Source of the DNA: a virus
Lineage: Duplodnaviria; Caudoviricetes
IMG/VR virus record: IMGVR_UViG_3300031867_004305
Span: 1 to 64,000 of that record
Strand: one strand, 5' to 3'
Length of the DNA stretch: 64,000 bases
This document shows positions 30,133 through 45,100 of this stretch, one piece after another. Made by a program: the position numbers and the translations under genes. Position 1 is the stretch's first letter, and each line of letters opens with the position of its first letter. The notes below the pieces were generated by a model, which saw only the letters and a program-made list of their open reading frames with translations, had not been told where the DNA came from and searched no databases.

Positions 30133-33100
30133 TTACCTCCTTGATATACCCAAATTGCCAGATTTCTTAGCAATCTTAAGGATTTCATCTGTAATGTTGC
30201 TACCAGCACGACGAGCATCATAATCATTAGCGATAACACCAGATTCAATGGTTAGATTTACATTGTCGATAGAAACTGCGTTAGAATTGTTAGTGATAGG
30301 TGAAGTTGCGGTGTTGGAAATAGCGTCTTGTAGTGCAGATACGATAGAGACTAGTGAAGTCTTAGAATTACCGAGTAAGTCATTGCGTACAAACTGAGTC
30401 TGTGCTGCGTTAAGGAATGCTTCGGGTTTCTTAGGAGTACCATCAACCCAAGCAGGTCCAGTATAGTCAGCGAGACCGCCTTGTTTGTAGAAGAATGCTG
30501 CTTGCTTACCATATTTTTGAGCTTGGATTTTTTTCAAAATGCCTTTTCGATCTTTTGAGTTAAACTTAGAAAGATTAATTTCATCTGATTCTACTAAATC
30601 TTGACCATTTACACTTTTTATTCTTATTTTAGTTACTTTTTTTACATTACCCTTTTTATCAAAAGTCGCTCTTGCTCCGTCTATTTGTAATTTTGATTTT
30701 GCTTTTAAATCTATTGGATTTTCCTTGCCGCCTACACCATGTCCTTTAGGAACTCCTTTTTTTAATGAATAAGTTATTGGCTCTTTATCCGCAAGACTAA
30801 TATTTGTTTTATCAGCAGAAGTATCAATTGCAGCAGTAGCATCAGCAGCATGAATGTCCTGAGTAGCATCTTCAAAATCATTCGCCAAGAAATACTTAGT
30901 TTTTCCATCTACTTTACCTTGTAAATATAAAATATCTTTTCCTTTCTTTTTAATAGTTTTAGTTTTTCCTGTTAAAGTAATAGGAACGTTTTTACCAAAA
31001 CTTTTACTAGTCTTAACTTTTGATTTTTTAATGGTATAAGAAGTCACACCTTTGGTTGTCATATAAATACCTTTACGACTGCCATCGCTTTGTTCTTCAC
31101 CAAAAGCGTTTTCTTCTTTTAGAATCTCTGTAGCACTAGCAGTTGCAGTTTTAGCGGCTTCTTCTTTATCCCCACCTATCCATTTACCATCTTCGTCATA
31201 ATTACCCATCATTTCTCTGACAAATTTTTCTTCTACTTCATCAGCATATTCTGGATAATTTTTATTATAGACGAATGAATTCTTTTGGTATTTGGCATTT
31301 TCAACAATTTTATTCCAATCATCTAACGCTGCTTGACCTTGAGCAGTCTTATACAAACCATTACGTTCATTTATTTTTTCTTGATTTATTCTATCATTTT
31401 CTGTTCTATTATATTTTTCACTCTCAGAAGCCATTGTATCATCATATGCTTTTTGAGCAGCTCGCTTTGCTTCTTCACGAGTACCACCATCCTCTAATGT
31501 GGTACGATAAGCACCTTCAGCCGCGGACATAGCATTATCGCGAGCGGCTTTTAAAGCAGTAGAATCACTAGCCAATTTAGAATATTTACTCTCATCCTGT
31601 GAAGTGTCGATACCGGTTTTATCTTCTTTCCATGCCTTATCTTCATCACGTTTCGCCGCGAAAGTATCAAACTTGTCCATGAATTCAGTCGCGGTCTTGT
31701 CAATATCAAGAGCAGACTTACTCTTCATTTCAGAGTCCCAAGCTAAAATCTTATCCCAAGCACTTTGAGCACTTTCATTAGCCATTATGTCTCGAACATC
31801 TTTCCATAACAAGCCATTCTCTTTTTGATATTCAAGCGTCTCGGTCATGATATCAATTTCTCTTTCTAAGGCTTCAATCTCTTTATCGCTTGCCTCTTGA
31901 ATAGCATCAATTTGACCTTGACGTTCATCAAAGTAAACGTCTCTTTGTTTACCAGAAATCTGTTCTTGTAGAGAACGAATTTGAGAAGCGGAACCGCCAG
32001 AACGCTGTAAGATAGCTAATTGACGTTGTAATTTAGTTAATTCATCCTTGCCCTGATTCTGTTCATATTGCTTACGTTCCTTATCTAAAGCTTCACTTAA
32101 ACCACTAATATAAGCATCAGACGCATCTTTCAAAGCATCTTTTAATTCAGTTTTTTCATCAATCAATGCTTGTTGACGTGATTCAATAGCCTTTAGTAAT
32201 TCTTGCTCTATATCTAACTCATTATCTCTCAACTCTTGAAGTATCTCATTCTGCTTAGTCTGATTTTCTTCAATGTTAGTAAGAGTATCATTATAGCTAT
32301 CATATAGATTATCTAATTCATCACGCCATCCATCTATGTTATTCCAGAAATTCTCCATCATTTTAACATAGATGTCATTTTTCTTATCTTTAGAATTATT
32401 CTTCTTAACTGCTAAAGTATTTTGATTAATAGATTTCGCAGCTTTAGTACCATCGTCGTTATATAATAAATCACTTAGATTAAATCCTACACTACGTAAA
32501 TACTTTAACTGTGCTCTTGCACTCTTAGCATTATTGATTGGTTGACCATTAACATCACGTTCATTCAACTTCTCTAAAATATCTAAGCCACGGCCGCTGC
32601 CTGGAGCACCAGAACCTACATACTGTTGTAATCCATTTTCATCGTAAGTGAAAATTTTACCATAATCAGAAGCTTCTAATTCCTTACGCTTGGCATCATA
32701 CCAACTCTTTTGTAATTCAACTAGTTCTTTCTGATTTCTTACTTCTTTACGTAGAATGGCAAGTTCCTTCTGATAGGTAGCATAAATTTTATCGCCATTT
32801 ACTACAAAATCAGATTGATACTTACTACGCAATGCTTGCTGATAAGTAATGTCTTTTTCTGCTTTCGCAATCTGACGAGTTAAATTATACCAGCGTTGGA
32901 TTTCTGCGGTTACAGCTCTATTTTCGCCATTATCATCGGCACCGCCACCGCCTCCACCGCCGCCACCTTTATTGTGTGCGAGGATAGAATTATTACCAAC
33001 ATAGTAGTTGTGATTATTAGATACTTCAAAGTTATAAACTCGAATTGCCATTTCTTCAATATCAATTTCAGAAATAGCGTGTAGAGTTCCATCAGCAAAT

Positions 33101-36100
33101 CGTACTAAATTACCAGTTGCCAAAGCAGAAGCAGGAATCCATTCATTACCAATTAAGAAACGGTGAATACCAGTAACTACAAGTTCTTCATCTTCAATGT
33201 GAAGAGTGTAAATATCTTCTTCAACATCGTGAATCATGGTTTGTAGAACTTCACTATATTCATTCTTTCTAGTTTCTTCATTGTAGGAGAGTACAATGTC
33301 ACCTACTTCAATATCTTCGATATTCTTAAAGCCATTACGTGTAGCAATTGGAGTACCAGCAACGAAACATCCGCCGCCTCCTCCGCCACCTTTTCCGCCT
33401 CTACCTGCAAGAGCACCAAGGTCTTTAGCAGAAGCAGTTGCTAAAGATTCCCACATAGCACGTAATTGCTTCAATGCAGATAATGCCGCGGATGCAGAAG
33501 CCATAGCTGGACCGGAAGTTCCGCCAGCAAGAGCAACAGCATTCTTTTCAGAAGTTACTGCATCTCCACGAGAAGATGAACCGTGTTTTAGAAGTTCGCG
33601 AGTCTGTAAGTGATTAAATACTATGGCGTCAGGAGCCAAATCTACGAATTCAGCACCATTCTGCCCTACAACATAATACTTACCACCAGAAACTACAAGT
33701 TCAGGTCCAAGTTCTCCAACAAGTGTTCTGCGGCCGCCAGCTAATGCGGGACCTGTGCCTTTGGAGAGGGCTACGTTGCCTTTAGCTTTAGGAGGAAATT
33801 CAAATTTTTCGATTCCTCCGCCAGTACCAGCACCAGTAGCTTTTACATTCACAGTAACATCCATTGAGAAAGACTTACTAGTAGGTATCCTATTCAACGC
33901 ATCGGCAATTCCCTTTACACGAGAAGCAACATCAGGAATCTGCTTCATAGCAGAAGCTAAATTACTTACCAAAGAACTACGACTTGGAATATCCTTTATA
34001 GCACTAGCTAGGCTCTGTACCGCGGCAGCCTTATTAGGTATCTTAGTCGCAGCGGTAGCTAAGTTCTTGACTTTTGTCGCGGCGACTGTCAAAGAAGCAC
34101 CCATACTAGCGGCAGCAGTTGATAATGCCTTAGCCGAACCTTGGGCTCCGCTAGTATCAACATTTACTGTGGTATTTTGAGTTGTATTGACTGTCTTATT
34201 TTCTGTGGTTTCGGTATCAGTATTAGTCGTACCAGATTGTTGTTGTAAAGTAACGGTAAAAGTCTGATTAGCAAATTGCTTTACAGTATCCCAAATACTT
34301 TCAACCTGAGACTTAATAACTTCCAGCATTCCAGACAAATCGGAGAAATTACTGAAAGAAGCACGGCTAATTTTTCCTACTCCCTGCTGTACTCCTAGCA
34401 AAGAAGAAGAGGTAGTAGAGAAGTCCATTCCTTGAAGTGCGGCTAAACCACTATTAGCAGTCAAATTAGTTGCCCCAACAGTAAGGTTGGAAATATTACC
34501 TTGGCCCTCAGAAATATCTTCTGTCAATGTAAGAGTACCGTCATACGTAGCATTGTTTGCACCAGTAATTTCTAGATTATCAATAGTGGAAGTAGCAGTG
34601 GGAAGATTAATATCAATTAAACCAGCGGCTGACAAAGTTTGAATGTTAGTTAAGTCAATACTATTAAGTTGCTGTCCAGCATCTAATACTTCTTGTATTT
34701 TAGCTTTATATTGTTCTAAAGTAGAAATACCATTTTCCGCACCAGAAACTTGGATTTGTACAGACAAAGAATCAAAATCAGTAACATTTTTTAGTTCAGT
34801 AGCCAGAATAGGATCGGCTTCAACTTCTGTAGTTGCACCATCTACTGAAGCAGTTTTTACTTGAATTTGAACAACTTTATTAGCTGCCCAAGTATTTACT
34901 GCGGCTTCTGCTCCATCCATATTAGCGGTAGTTGTTAAATCAACATTGGTGTCATTAGGCTCAACATCAACATTATATTTACCTACATTAGTCAAATTGC
35001 CATTTGCATCGAAACCAACGCCGTATTGTGCTAAAGTTGCTACCAAGTTAGCAGTACCATTTACAACAACAGTATTAGAGGAACCATTCTCTCCTACAAA
35101 TGTTATTTGATAAGAAGTCGCGTTTATTTTTGCATCATTAGAAGTTCCTGTTATAGAACCAATTTGACCAACATCAGGATTTTCTTCGCTTAATTTCTTG
35201 TTTGTAGCTTCTATTGTTAGTTGCTCTGAATTACCAGTTGTATTACCAACCGAGCCAACATCAACATCGCCACTATGCTCTAATTCTCCATTTTGTCCTT
35301 CATTTAAAGTAATGGTTAAAGTACCAGCGGTGCCAGTGCTATCTATTGCCCCACTAATTTTTATAGGATTACCTTCAGCTAAAGTAGCCTCTATACCAGC
35401 CGCAGTAAGTTCTAGAGAACCAGCGGTTCCTTTTGCATTTACTGCATCAGTCAAATCAATTACAGTACCATCTGATAATTTAGAAGAAGTTACTGAAGTA
35501 ATTTCTAATGTTTCAACAGTTGCTTTTGCTGTAGCTAGTGGAATTTCTGGAACATCAGCATTAAGATCTTGTTCCGCAGCTTTGGAAATATTTTCAGTAT
35601 TAAAATTAATTTTATTAGGCTTAATTGTAATTTCTGGAATTAGAATCTCTTGAGTTTCTCCTTCTGCTCCAGCAAGAGCAGTTGTCAAACCTTCTGCTAT
35701 TTTTGCACCTATTTGTGCTCCCGCTTCTCCTTCAAAAGCTTTTCCAATTCCGTCCGCAATTTTAGAAACTACTCCTTCTGGATCATAAGATTTTTCAATA
35801 TTTTCTAAAACTTTATCAGTAGTTAATTCTTCTTCAAATCCAGTGACTTCTATACCGCCTGGTATTTCTGCTGTATATTGGCCTTGTTCGTCCGGTCCTT
35901 TTTTTAAAGCTTCTGTAATTGCATTTTCAATTTCAGTTCGACGTGTTTCTTCATCTTTTTGTAAATATTCACCAATTTGTTTTTGAGTACCATTAACTGT
36001 ATTATCTGTCTGATCAGAGAACTCATATTCAACTTGTGCTGTAATACGCTTTTTGATTTTTACTTCTTCCGCTTCACGCTCAGTTTCTGATAATGCTCCT

Positions 36101-39100
36101 AATTTATCGGATTGATTTTGTAGTTCTTTTTGATAACGTTCTTCTATCAATCCATCCTTTAATTCCTTAATAGAACCATATTCTTTTCCATTAGGACCTA
36201 TATATTTTACATTACCATTTTCATCTGCTAGTACGTCTATAGTGGTTTGGCCAATAGTAAGAGTACCGTGTGATTTAATTTCAGTTTTTTTACGTTCTGT
36301 TTCATCAGTACTCATTTCAGTTTCTATATTCTCTGCTCCAGCCGCTTTTAGACTTGCTTCTGCAATAGCTTTTTTCGCAGCGGGAGAATCTGCCTTATAG
36401 GTCTGGCCATCAACTGTGATATCACCAGTTTCGGGATCAACTTCTATTAAGCCTCTAGCAACCAAAACAGATTTTACTTGAATTTCTGTAGCTTTACCTT
36501 GACTATAAGCAGTAAATGCTTCTTCTAATTCCCTTTGTAATTCTTCTTGGTTTCCTGTCAATTCTGGGTGCTCTTTCGCTACTAAAGCTAAAGCATCTGA
36601 AACTTCTTCAGATTCCCAATCTATAACATAATGAGTCTTGCCAGAAACAACCACAGAACGCTGTCCTGTTTTTATAACTGTACCATCAGGTAATGTTTGT
36701 TCTAATATATCCCAAACACTTTCGGTTACATTTTCTAAGTTATAATCACCATTCCGTGCGGCTTGATAGAAAGAATTAATTACTTTGGCATATTGTTCCT
36801 CTGTCATTCCCAAATCTTTCCAAGCATCAGCAGCATTTTCAAGTCCACTACGAGCGGCATAAATCATATCTTTTAATGACGTACCGTTTATACTAAGATG
36901 ATCTAAGGCTTTAGCTAAATCTTCATTATAATTTTCAGCTTTTGGATCATGAGTTACTTTATATATACTATCAGCCCATTCTGTATAACCCTTAGTGAAA
37001 TCACCTGCGGCATCTGTTGTACCATTAAAAATCTCACCTAAGTTTAATAATCCATCGCTGTCAACATCAATATCGCCCAGCTTCTCCATCGCAACGACGG
37101 TTTCCATCACCTGAATCGCAGCATCCAGCATAGCAATTTGACTCTCTGCCATAGCCTTGATTCCATCTTGGAAATTATCTTGCATGTTATTCGCACCGGT
37201 AACAAAATTGACGCCCAAACGACTCAAATCTACCTTAACGCCTTCACCATCTACATTAGTTAGAGCATTAGCACCTTGCTCTATTAGATAAGAAGCCATT
37301 TCAGCAGAAGAAGCAAACTTTTGACCATCTACTTCAAGCTGCCCGCTCATAGCGGCAAGATTAGACATTTCATTAACTATGTTGTAGTAATCAGTCAAAT
37401 CTATAGTACCCGCACTCGCAGCTTCATTCATAGTCTTATAAGCTTTACCTACAGAATCCCAATAATTAGCAGGGCCTTGTAGATAGTCGGGCAATTTGCC
37501 ATTCATAAAGTTATAAGAGTCGGGATCGCCTGCTTGTTTATTAGCGATTTGATTATATAAGTCTAGTTGATTCTCAAGTTCAGCATTTTGTTGACGTAAA
37601 CGCTGGGCACGAGCATCACCGGGGTCTTCCGCTTCTAATTTTCTTATCTCATACCAATTTTCACGGATTTGTTTTTGAGTCTCAGCAATGGTAGCCATAG
37701 TATCAGACATACTATCAAAGCCGCCACCCAAATCACCAGTAAGTGAATCATACAAATCATCAAAGACTAGTTGAGCTTTTAGACTATCAATCTTTTGTAG
37801 TTCTTGATATAACTCAATCGCGGACTGTTTGGTTAATTTCATTCCTTCTGCGGTTTTAGTAAACTCTAAGTTTACATTCATATCAAGACTATCAACCATT
37901 TGCTGTAAATTAAAAGCATCAGAATTACTTAGTTTTCCACTAATTCCTTTACTAATAGCGTCAACATAGGATTGTAATACGCTATCTAAAGTGTCAGCTA
38001 ACTGAGCCATATCAGACTGGAGTAGACCGCCATACTGTTGTGCGTAAGAAGCGATAGTAGAAAGAATGCCAGGTATATTAGCTTCTGAATCTAACTTTAG
38101 AATACCATCTTGTAAATGGCCACCCATACTATTGAGTATATCAATAAAATTATCAAAAGCGGGTACATCATAAGCGCCCTTGTTAACTATTTTACCCTCT
38201 AAAGCTGTTTCAAGTCGCTCACTCAACTGCGTCAAATTCAGCCAGTCTCCGCCTTTCGCATCTCCAAGAGCATTTACTTCTTCAAGAATGTTATTTTCTG
38301 CCTTACGATTCATTTCAATCAAAGAATCATTATAAGTTTTAAAAGCAGAAACATATTCTTCACTATTCGCATCCCAACCCATTAAATCAGCAAAACGAGA
38401 GAAGTCAGCAATCCGCATCTTATTGCCACCCATTAGGTCAATAATACCGGATGTTTCTAAATCATTTATCATCGTTTCAGTTAACTGAATACCAGCATCA
38501 GCTAGTATCTCACCAAAACGAGTGAAAGTCATTCCAGTAGCATCGCCTAATGCGTCTATAGCGGCTTGTTCTCCGTCACGATTTTCTAAGGCTAAAGCTG
38601 CAACCTTATTCAAATCGGCTAGAGTTGCTTCACCGGTGGCTTCTAGTCTAGTCAATAAGTTGTTATAAGCCTCATATAAATTAGCAGCTGTCTCTACAAC
38701 GTACTGTCCACTTTCGCCCAATTCATTTACTTTACCGCCGCTAAGAGCTATTATTTCAGCCGTAGCAGAATCAATGATTTCACCAGGTTTAGCTATAACA
38801 GTATCAATAGCATTAACAAAATTAGCAACCTCATTACGATATGCAGCCTCTATATCACTGTCAGAAAGAGTTGTTCCTTGTGCTTTGGCAATTTCTTCCG
38901 CAGCTTTAACTGCATTTTCTCCACCATCTTTCAAAGCGGAAATTATATTATCAGCATTTAAACCCTCAGTTTCTCCCAAAGCAAATAATACAGCATTATA
39001 ATCTTCAATAGCTTTTTGTAATTCATCTATCTTTAATGCACGAGCAGGGTCACCGTTTGCCATACCTAAGAAGCCAGTTATATCAATAGCTTCGGCAAAT

Positions 39101-42100
39101 TGCCGCTTAGTATCATTAATTAGTTGCTCCGCAGCCCAGCGCTCATCACCAGACAAAGAGTTTAATTGCTGACTTAACGATTGAACCGACGCAATTAACC
39201 CAGTAGTGCTATAAACAAATCCATGTACCGTCTCATCATATTCAAATAATGCTGATATATCAAAACTAGTGCCTAATTGCTCATTAACACTGGATACACG
39301 TTTACGCATATCTTCTATACTAGTAGTGCCTTTGCCTTGTAGAGAACTTAAACCAGTTAAAGAAGAAATAATACCATCAATTTCATTAGCTATCATTTGT
39401 TTTAATTCTTCAGTAACTTTTATTTTGCCAGTTTGAATTAATCTATCCAATTCAGCAAGATTCATTTTATAAGTGCCGTCATCTTCTTTTTTAATTAGAT
39501 TACTTATAAAATCATAAGAAGTTCCAAAAATCTCTGCTAATGTAGCTACATTTTCTTCAGTTAACTTATCACGTTTACTTACTATATCAACAAACCTAGC
39601 AGTATTATCAATTTTAGCATTAGCAGATTCTAGTTTTCCACGTAATTCAAGATACTGTTTACTAGTTTTATCCAAAGCACTATTATTTAATATGTTTAAC
39701 ATATTTTCATAACTACTTGATAATTCACCAGTAACCGTATTTACATCGAAATCTTCTAAAGATACTCCATCAATAGAACGAGCTAATTTCTGTCCAGCTT
39801 CATAACTAAAATTATCAAAAGAATCAATAACATCTTTTAGAGCATCATAAGCATTATTTTCATAATCTTTTGCTCGTGCTTGGGCAATTAAAGCGTCTAT
39901 TTCTGTAGCATTTTTGCCAGTCAAATTAGCATAATTTCGTACAAAATCTTCATATGAATCTTGCCAGTCTTTAATTGCGGCAGACATTTCATTAAATGTT
40001 GAAGATTCAATACCAGTATTAGCATAATCTGTAATATTAAAATTATCTATGCCCTTGGATAATAGATCAGATAGGAGAGTGTCAACTCCACCGCGAGCTT
40101 TTTCAACCGCGACTTTTAGTTCGGGTTGATTCGCGGCGTCATATCTTTCTGTGCCAGATAGATATTTGTTAAAGGCTTCTGTGTCGAAAGTTTCTAAAGC
40201 TGGTATGCCAGTAATTCGTGCTTGTTTTCTAGATTTTTGATTAGGCTTTTTCATGAATTGGCCATTTAACAAAGAAGAATAATCACCTTTATTCCAATTT
40301 TCTTGCTGAAATATCATAGCTTGGATTTGTTCTACGGCCATACCATAATCTTCTAGACCATTAAATATATTTTCAAATAATAATTCAATAGTTTTTTGGC
40401 CAGCTTCTGTTAATTGATTCGCTTCATTTATAAGCACTTGACCATTAGAATCTAAATATTTTTTGGTGGTTTCATCATAATTAAATCCATTCGCACTAAG
40501 GAACTCTCTCATTTCTTCAGATAATACTTCCTCAACGTCAGGAATTGAAACTTGATTATTAGAATCTAATAATCCTGCACTTTGTGCCTTCTTTAGATTT
40601 TCTTGTACTTTTTCCGCAGCTTCATTTATATGTTCTCCGTATTTTTGCTGTATTTCGTTAAATGCCTGTTCAGAAAGAATTAATTTATCACCGTTAGATA
40701 TAATATCTGAGCCAATATCTAAATCTACTCCCCAACCTTTAGCTTTATTTACTAACTCATTAGCTTCTTTCATCGTCATTCCAGAAGTAGCCTTAGAAAG
40801 TATTTTAGTATCATCTTCAGCTTTTTCTAATAGTGAGTCAAGTTCTGATTGAATAGAAAGAGCAACATTATCTACTATTCTTTGCTTACGAGCTTCTAGC
40901 TGTTTTACTGTAGATTTAATAACGCTTTGATCTGCTCCTGAAGATTCTATTGATGAAATAGCTTCTTCAATACCTTCTGTAGTATTTAAATTGGATTGAT
41001 TTAAAATGTTTATTATAGAATTACGATCAAAAGCACTTATATTATCTTGATATAAAGCATTTATTAAATTAGAAGTATTATTACTTAGCTCCCCTGCGGC
41101 CTGGACAAAACCTTGTTTTTCTAATTCATCAATTTGCTTTACCTGTGCTGAAATAAAATCTAAAGCATTAGAAGATAAATCCCTTTTTTCCAATGAAGTT
41201 TTTAATTTTCCTAATGCTGTAGGTAAAGTTTCATCAATTTTTTCACCAGACGTTGTATCATAAATTGGCTCACTATAAGTATTAAAGATGTTATTTAATC
41301 TTTCTATAGAATCTTCTGTAGAAGTATATAAATTATCTATTGCTTCATTTATTGCTTTATTTGATTCGTCCAAATTTAATTCTTTTTTAACATCGTTTGC
41401 TGTAAAAGCGGAAGTATCATTTCCTATTTTTTCTAATATATCTTTTTGTTCTTTATTTAAATCATTATAGCCTTTATAATACTCATTTAAAGCATTTTTA
41501 AAATCATCTGTTTCTTTAAATTGTTCCCAAGTTTTATTATTATTTTTATCCTGTCCCCAAATAGAAGATAATTGTCGAGTAAGTAATAAAGCCCCTTGAG
41601 TATTTTCATTTAAAAACTTCCAATTTTCTTCTAAAGATTTATCAAGTAATAAATAAGAAGAAACAACTGAATTACGTAGCCCAGCATTTTCACCTGATAA
41701 ATTAGCTAATTCAACATTCAATTTATTTAATTGAGAGACATCAAAATTCTTATTAATTAATTCTTTAGTTTCTTCAGATAACGAATTATATGCTTCTAAA
41801 AATTCATTTAATTTTTGTTGTCCAAATTCAGAATTAAAATCATAATTATCTAAATGATTAATGAAATCTTTTACTATCGCTTGTGAAGTTTCAAGGCTTT
41901 GTTCAGTAGAAAAATCAGATGATAAAAGTAAATTGGCAAGTTCATTTAGCCCTTGTAATGAATCAGGAATCTTTTTTCCTGCTTCATTATAAGCTTGAAT
42001 TGACTTGTTAATTTCAGTAGAAAAAGAAGATATGTCTTTTATTTGGTCTAAATCTATTTTAGCCCCAGATCTTTCTACTATATCACGTAAATAATCCGCG

Positions 42101-45100
42101 GATGTATCTTGATTTAAAATACCTTCTAAATATTGTCCTACTTCATCAAAATTTAAAAATCCGCCCATAGCATTTCTTAACATGCCATACGCTCGATCTG
42201 CTAGACGTGTACTATTAGCAGTATCATCAAAAGAAAAACTATTATCAGTAATTTCGCCAGAACGATTATTAAGATTTTTAATTTCATTTGCAGTTGTCAA
42301 CATTTTTTGTTGATTTGCTTTTTGTTCACCTACAGCAGCATCATATGTAGCTTGTAGCGTTTTTTGACGTGCAGCCGCTAACATTTCCTCAGCATTTGCA
42401 GTTTCTATAATTATATTACCGCTACTATCAAAACCGCTAATTAATTGGGGAAAAGAATCTGCTAAATCATCAACTGCTTTTTGATATTCTTCAGCTGCTT
42501 CAGCACTTTCATACCTTTTTTCTTTTAATTCATTTACTTTATCTATACCAGTTTGTAAAGTTTTTTCATCTGCTTTAACTTGCTTTGCTGTATTAGAAAG
42601 TTCTTCCGCTTCTTTATTCAAACGCTCTAATTTTTCTTGAGGCGTCTCAATTGCCGTGGCAATTCCATTTATAGCTGTAATAGCTGCCATAGCTACTGTT
42701 ACCCAAGGGAATGGGCCTTTAGTTTCCATAGCTTTCATTACAGAAGATATACCTTTTATAGCTCCGCTTACAAACATTAAAGATCCTGCGAATATTCTAC
42801 TAGAATCTGTAGATTTATCCATAACATTAGCTACAATATTAAGAGCAGAACTAAAATCTAATAAACTATCATAAATCTTTTGGTTTTTAATTTGAGTTAA
42901 AGAACCAGCAAACTCTTTATTTGCTATAGCTAATTCTTTAATTTTTTCTAATGCTTTTTCTGGTCCCTCATTAGCTAATTCTCTTAAAGATTTAGCTTCC
43001 TCATCTGTTATCGCTTTTAAATCTTGTAATCTAGTAATAGCATTTGATATTACTTGAGGATTTATAATTTCACCATTAGAATCTCTCTTAAAAACAATGG
43101 TTTTTGATATATCAGAAAGATCATTTAAACGCTGTTTTGTAACTTCAATTTCTCTATTTATTTCAGAAAAAGAAGAAGAAGTACTTAGACCTTGCCGTAA
43201 TCCTTCATTAAAATCGTTACCAGCTTTTTGCCCTTTTCCTCTTAAATCCAAACTCTCTACATGTCCATCTAAATGACTCTTAAACTGCGTAGCAATAGCA
43301 GATAAACCATTTAATGCTACTGTTTTAATCAAAGAAATAGCATCAGCAATAACAGTCGCAGCACCAATAGGAATCTTTCCAAATAACTTCGGTAAACCAT
43401 TTAATGTATTAATAAAATTAGTAGTACCATCTAAGAGTCCTTTCCATAAATCTTCAGCGCCCAAAGTAGTATAAAACTGCTGATACGCAACTTGTACCTG
43501 ATTCAACTTAGACTCAATAGAATCCAAAGCCTTCAAAGCTTGTAAAGTACCAACATCTTCACTATCATTCGCAACTTCTAGGTTTTCACGCAATAAATCA
43601 CCGTTACTTACCAAAGCTAAGAAACGAGACTGCTGTCTATTACCAGCAAACTGTGTAGCAACATATCTCTGCTGTACTGAACTTAATTGATCCCATACGT
43701 CAGATAATTCAAGAATAACATCAGTAAAGTCTCTAAACTGTCCTTCAGTATCCTTCATAGAAATACCAACAGACTGTAATGCAGAATCTACTTTATTGAA
43801 AGCCATAACCTCGCCTTCAGCATCTACTAAAGTCAGAGGATCTTTGGTTAATTCACCATAACGGCTCGCAATTGACTTCATAGCAGAACCAATATTATTC
43901 GCAGATTCACGAGTAACAGCTACCATAGTAGCGATCATCGCAGAAGTTTCTTCAAATGTAGAACCTACAGATTCCATAGAAGAAGCTGTCCTTGTCATAG
44001 CTTCTGCCAATTCTTGCTGACTTACAGCTGTATTCGCGGCTAAATTAGAATAAACATCTACAACCGTAGAAGCCTCAGACATTTCCATTTTAAAACCACG
44101 AATGGCGGTTGTCATATAGTCAGTAGTTGTAGCATAATCTAATCCAGAAATCTTAGATAACTTTAATGTTTCATTTGTTAAATTTAAAACATCATTAGTT
44201 TCCAAACCTTGCTGATAGTAAATACGAGAAACTTCATAAGCACCTTTAATGGTAACACCATAATTCTGTGCCATAGCACTATAGGCATCTACTTGCTTCC
44301 ATAAATCAGCAGTAGTCATATCAGTAACTATAGCAATACCATTCATTACACTATCAAGTTCTTTGATATGATTCATCGCATCTCGTATAGCGGTTTTAGT
44401 TAAATTTAAAATCTGATTAAATCCCATAAAATTAGTAATAGCCATTTTTATGGAATTAAATGTTTGCTGTTGCTGCTGTAAACGCATAAAAGCAGCACTA
44501 GCTTGATCTAGTTGATTAGCAAATCCTTGTAATTGTCCTTGCATAGCACTTATGCTACCAACAAAAGCACTATTTGCACTTACATTCTGAACTGCTTCTC
44601 CACGTAATATTGCCAATGCTTGTGCAACACGCTCAATTTCTGCGTTATAATCTGACATTCCTTGACTTAAAGGAGTGCCATTAGCTTTCGCAGCATTCAT
44701 TTTATTATATAGATCTTCTACAGCTTTTTGTAAATTTTCATATTCCGCTACTTTTTGTTTAGCACCAGTTAAGTCTGAGCTATTCTTTTTAAAAGATTCA
44801 TCTAAATTTTTAAAAATATCATTAAAATTGCCCTTTTTAAACGCTTCATTAATTTTACCAAAACTTAGTTTTTGTAATGTAGCTATATCAGCATCGCTTA
44901 CTTCAAATTGTTCTTTTAATATTCGTAAAAATTCTTGTTTTCCACCTGACTTAAATCCAGTACCAGCTTTATTAAGCATTTCTCCCCAATCTTGTTGAGT
45001 AATGCCATTACTTAATAAATTTTTAGCTTTTCCAGTTGCTGTAGCTTGCTCAGTAACTGTATTATTTAATTCATCAAATTTAGCTTTAGCGTTTATTAAG

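Noticed and set aside
32971-33369. Canonical mobile intein
   Set aside because: There is no Cys/Ser/Thr at +1, no endonuclease, and the insertion is in a Gly linker rather than a conserved active site, so it is treated as an intein-like Hint domain.
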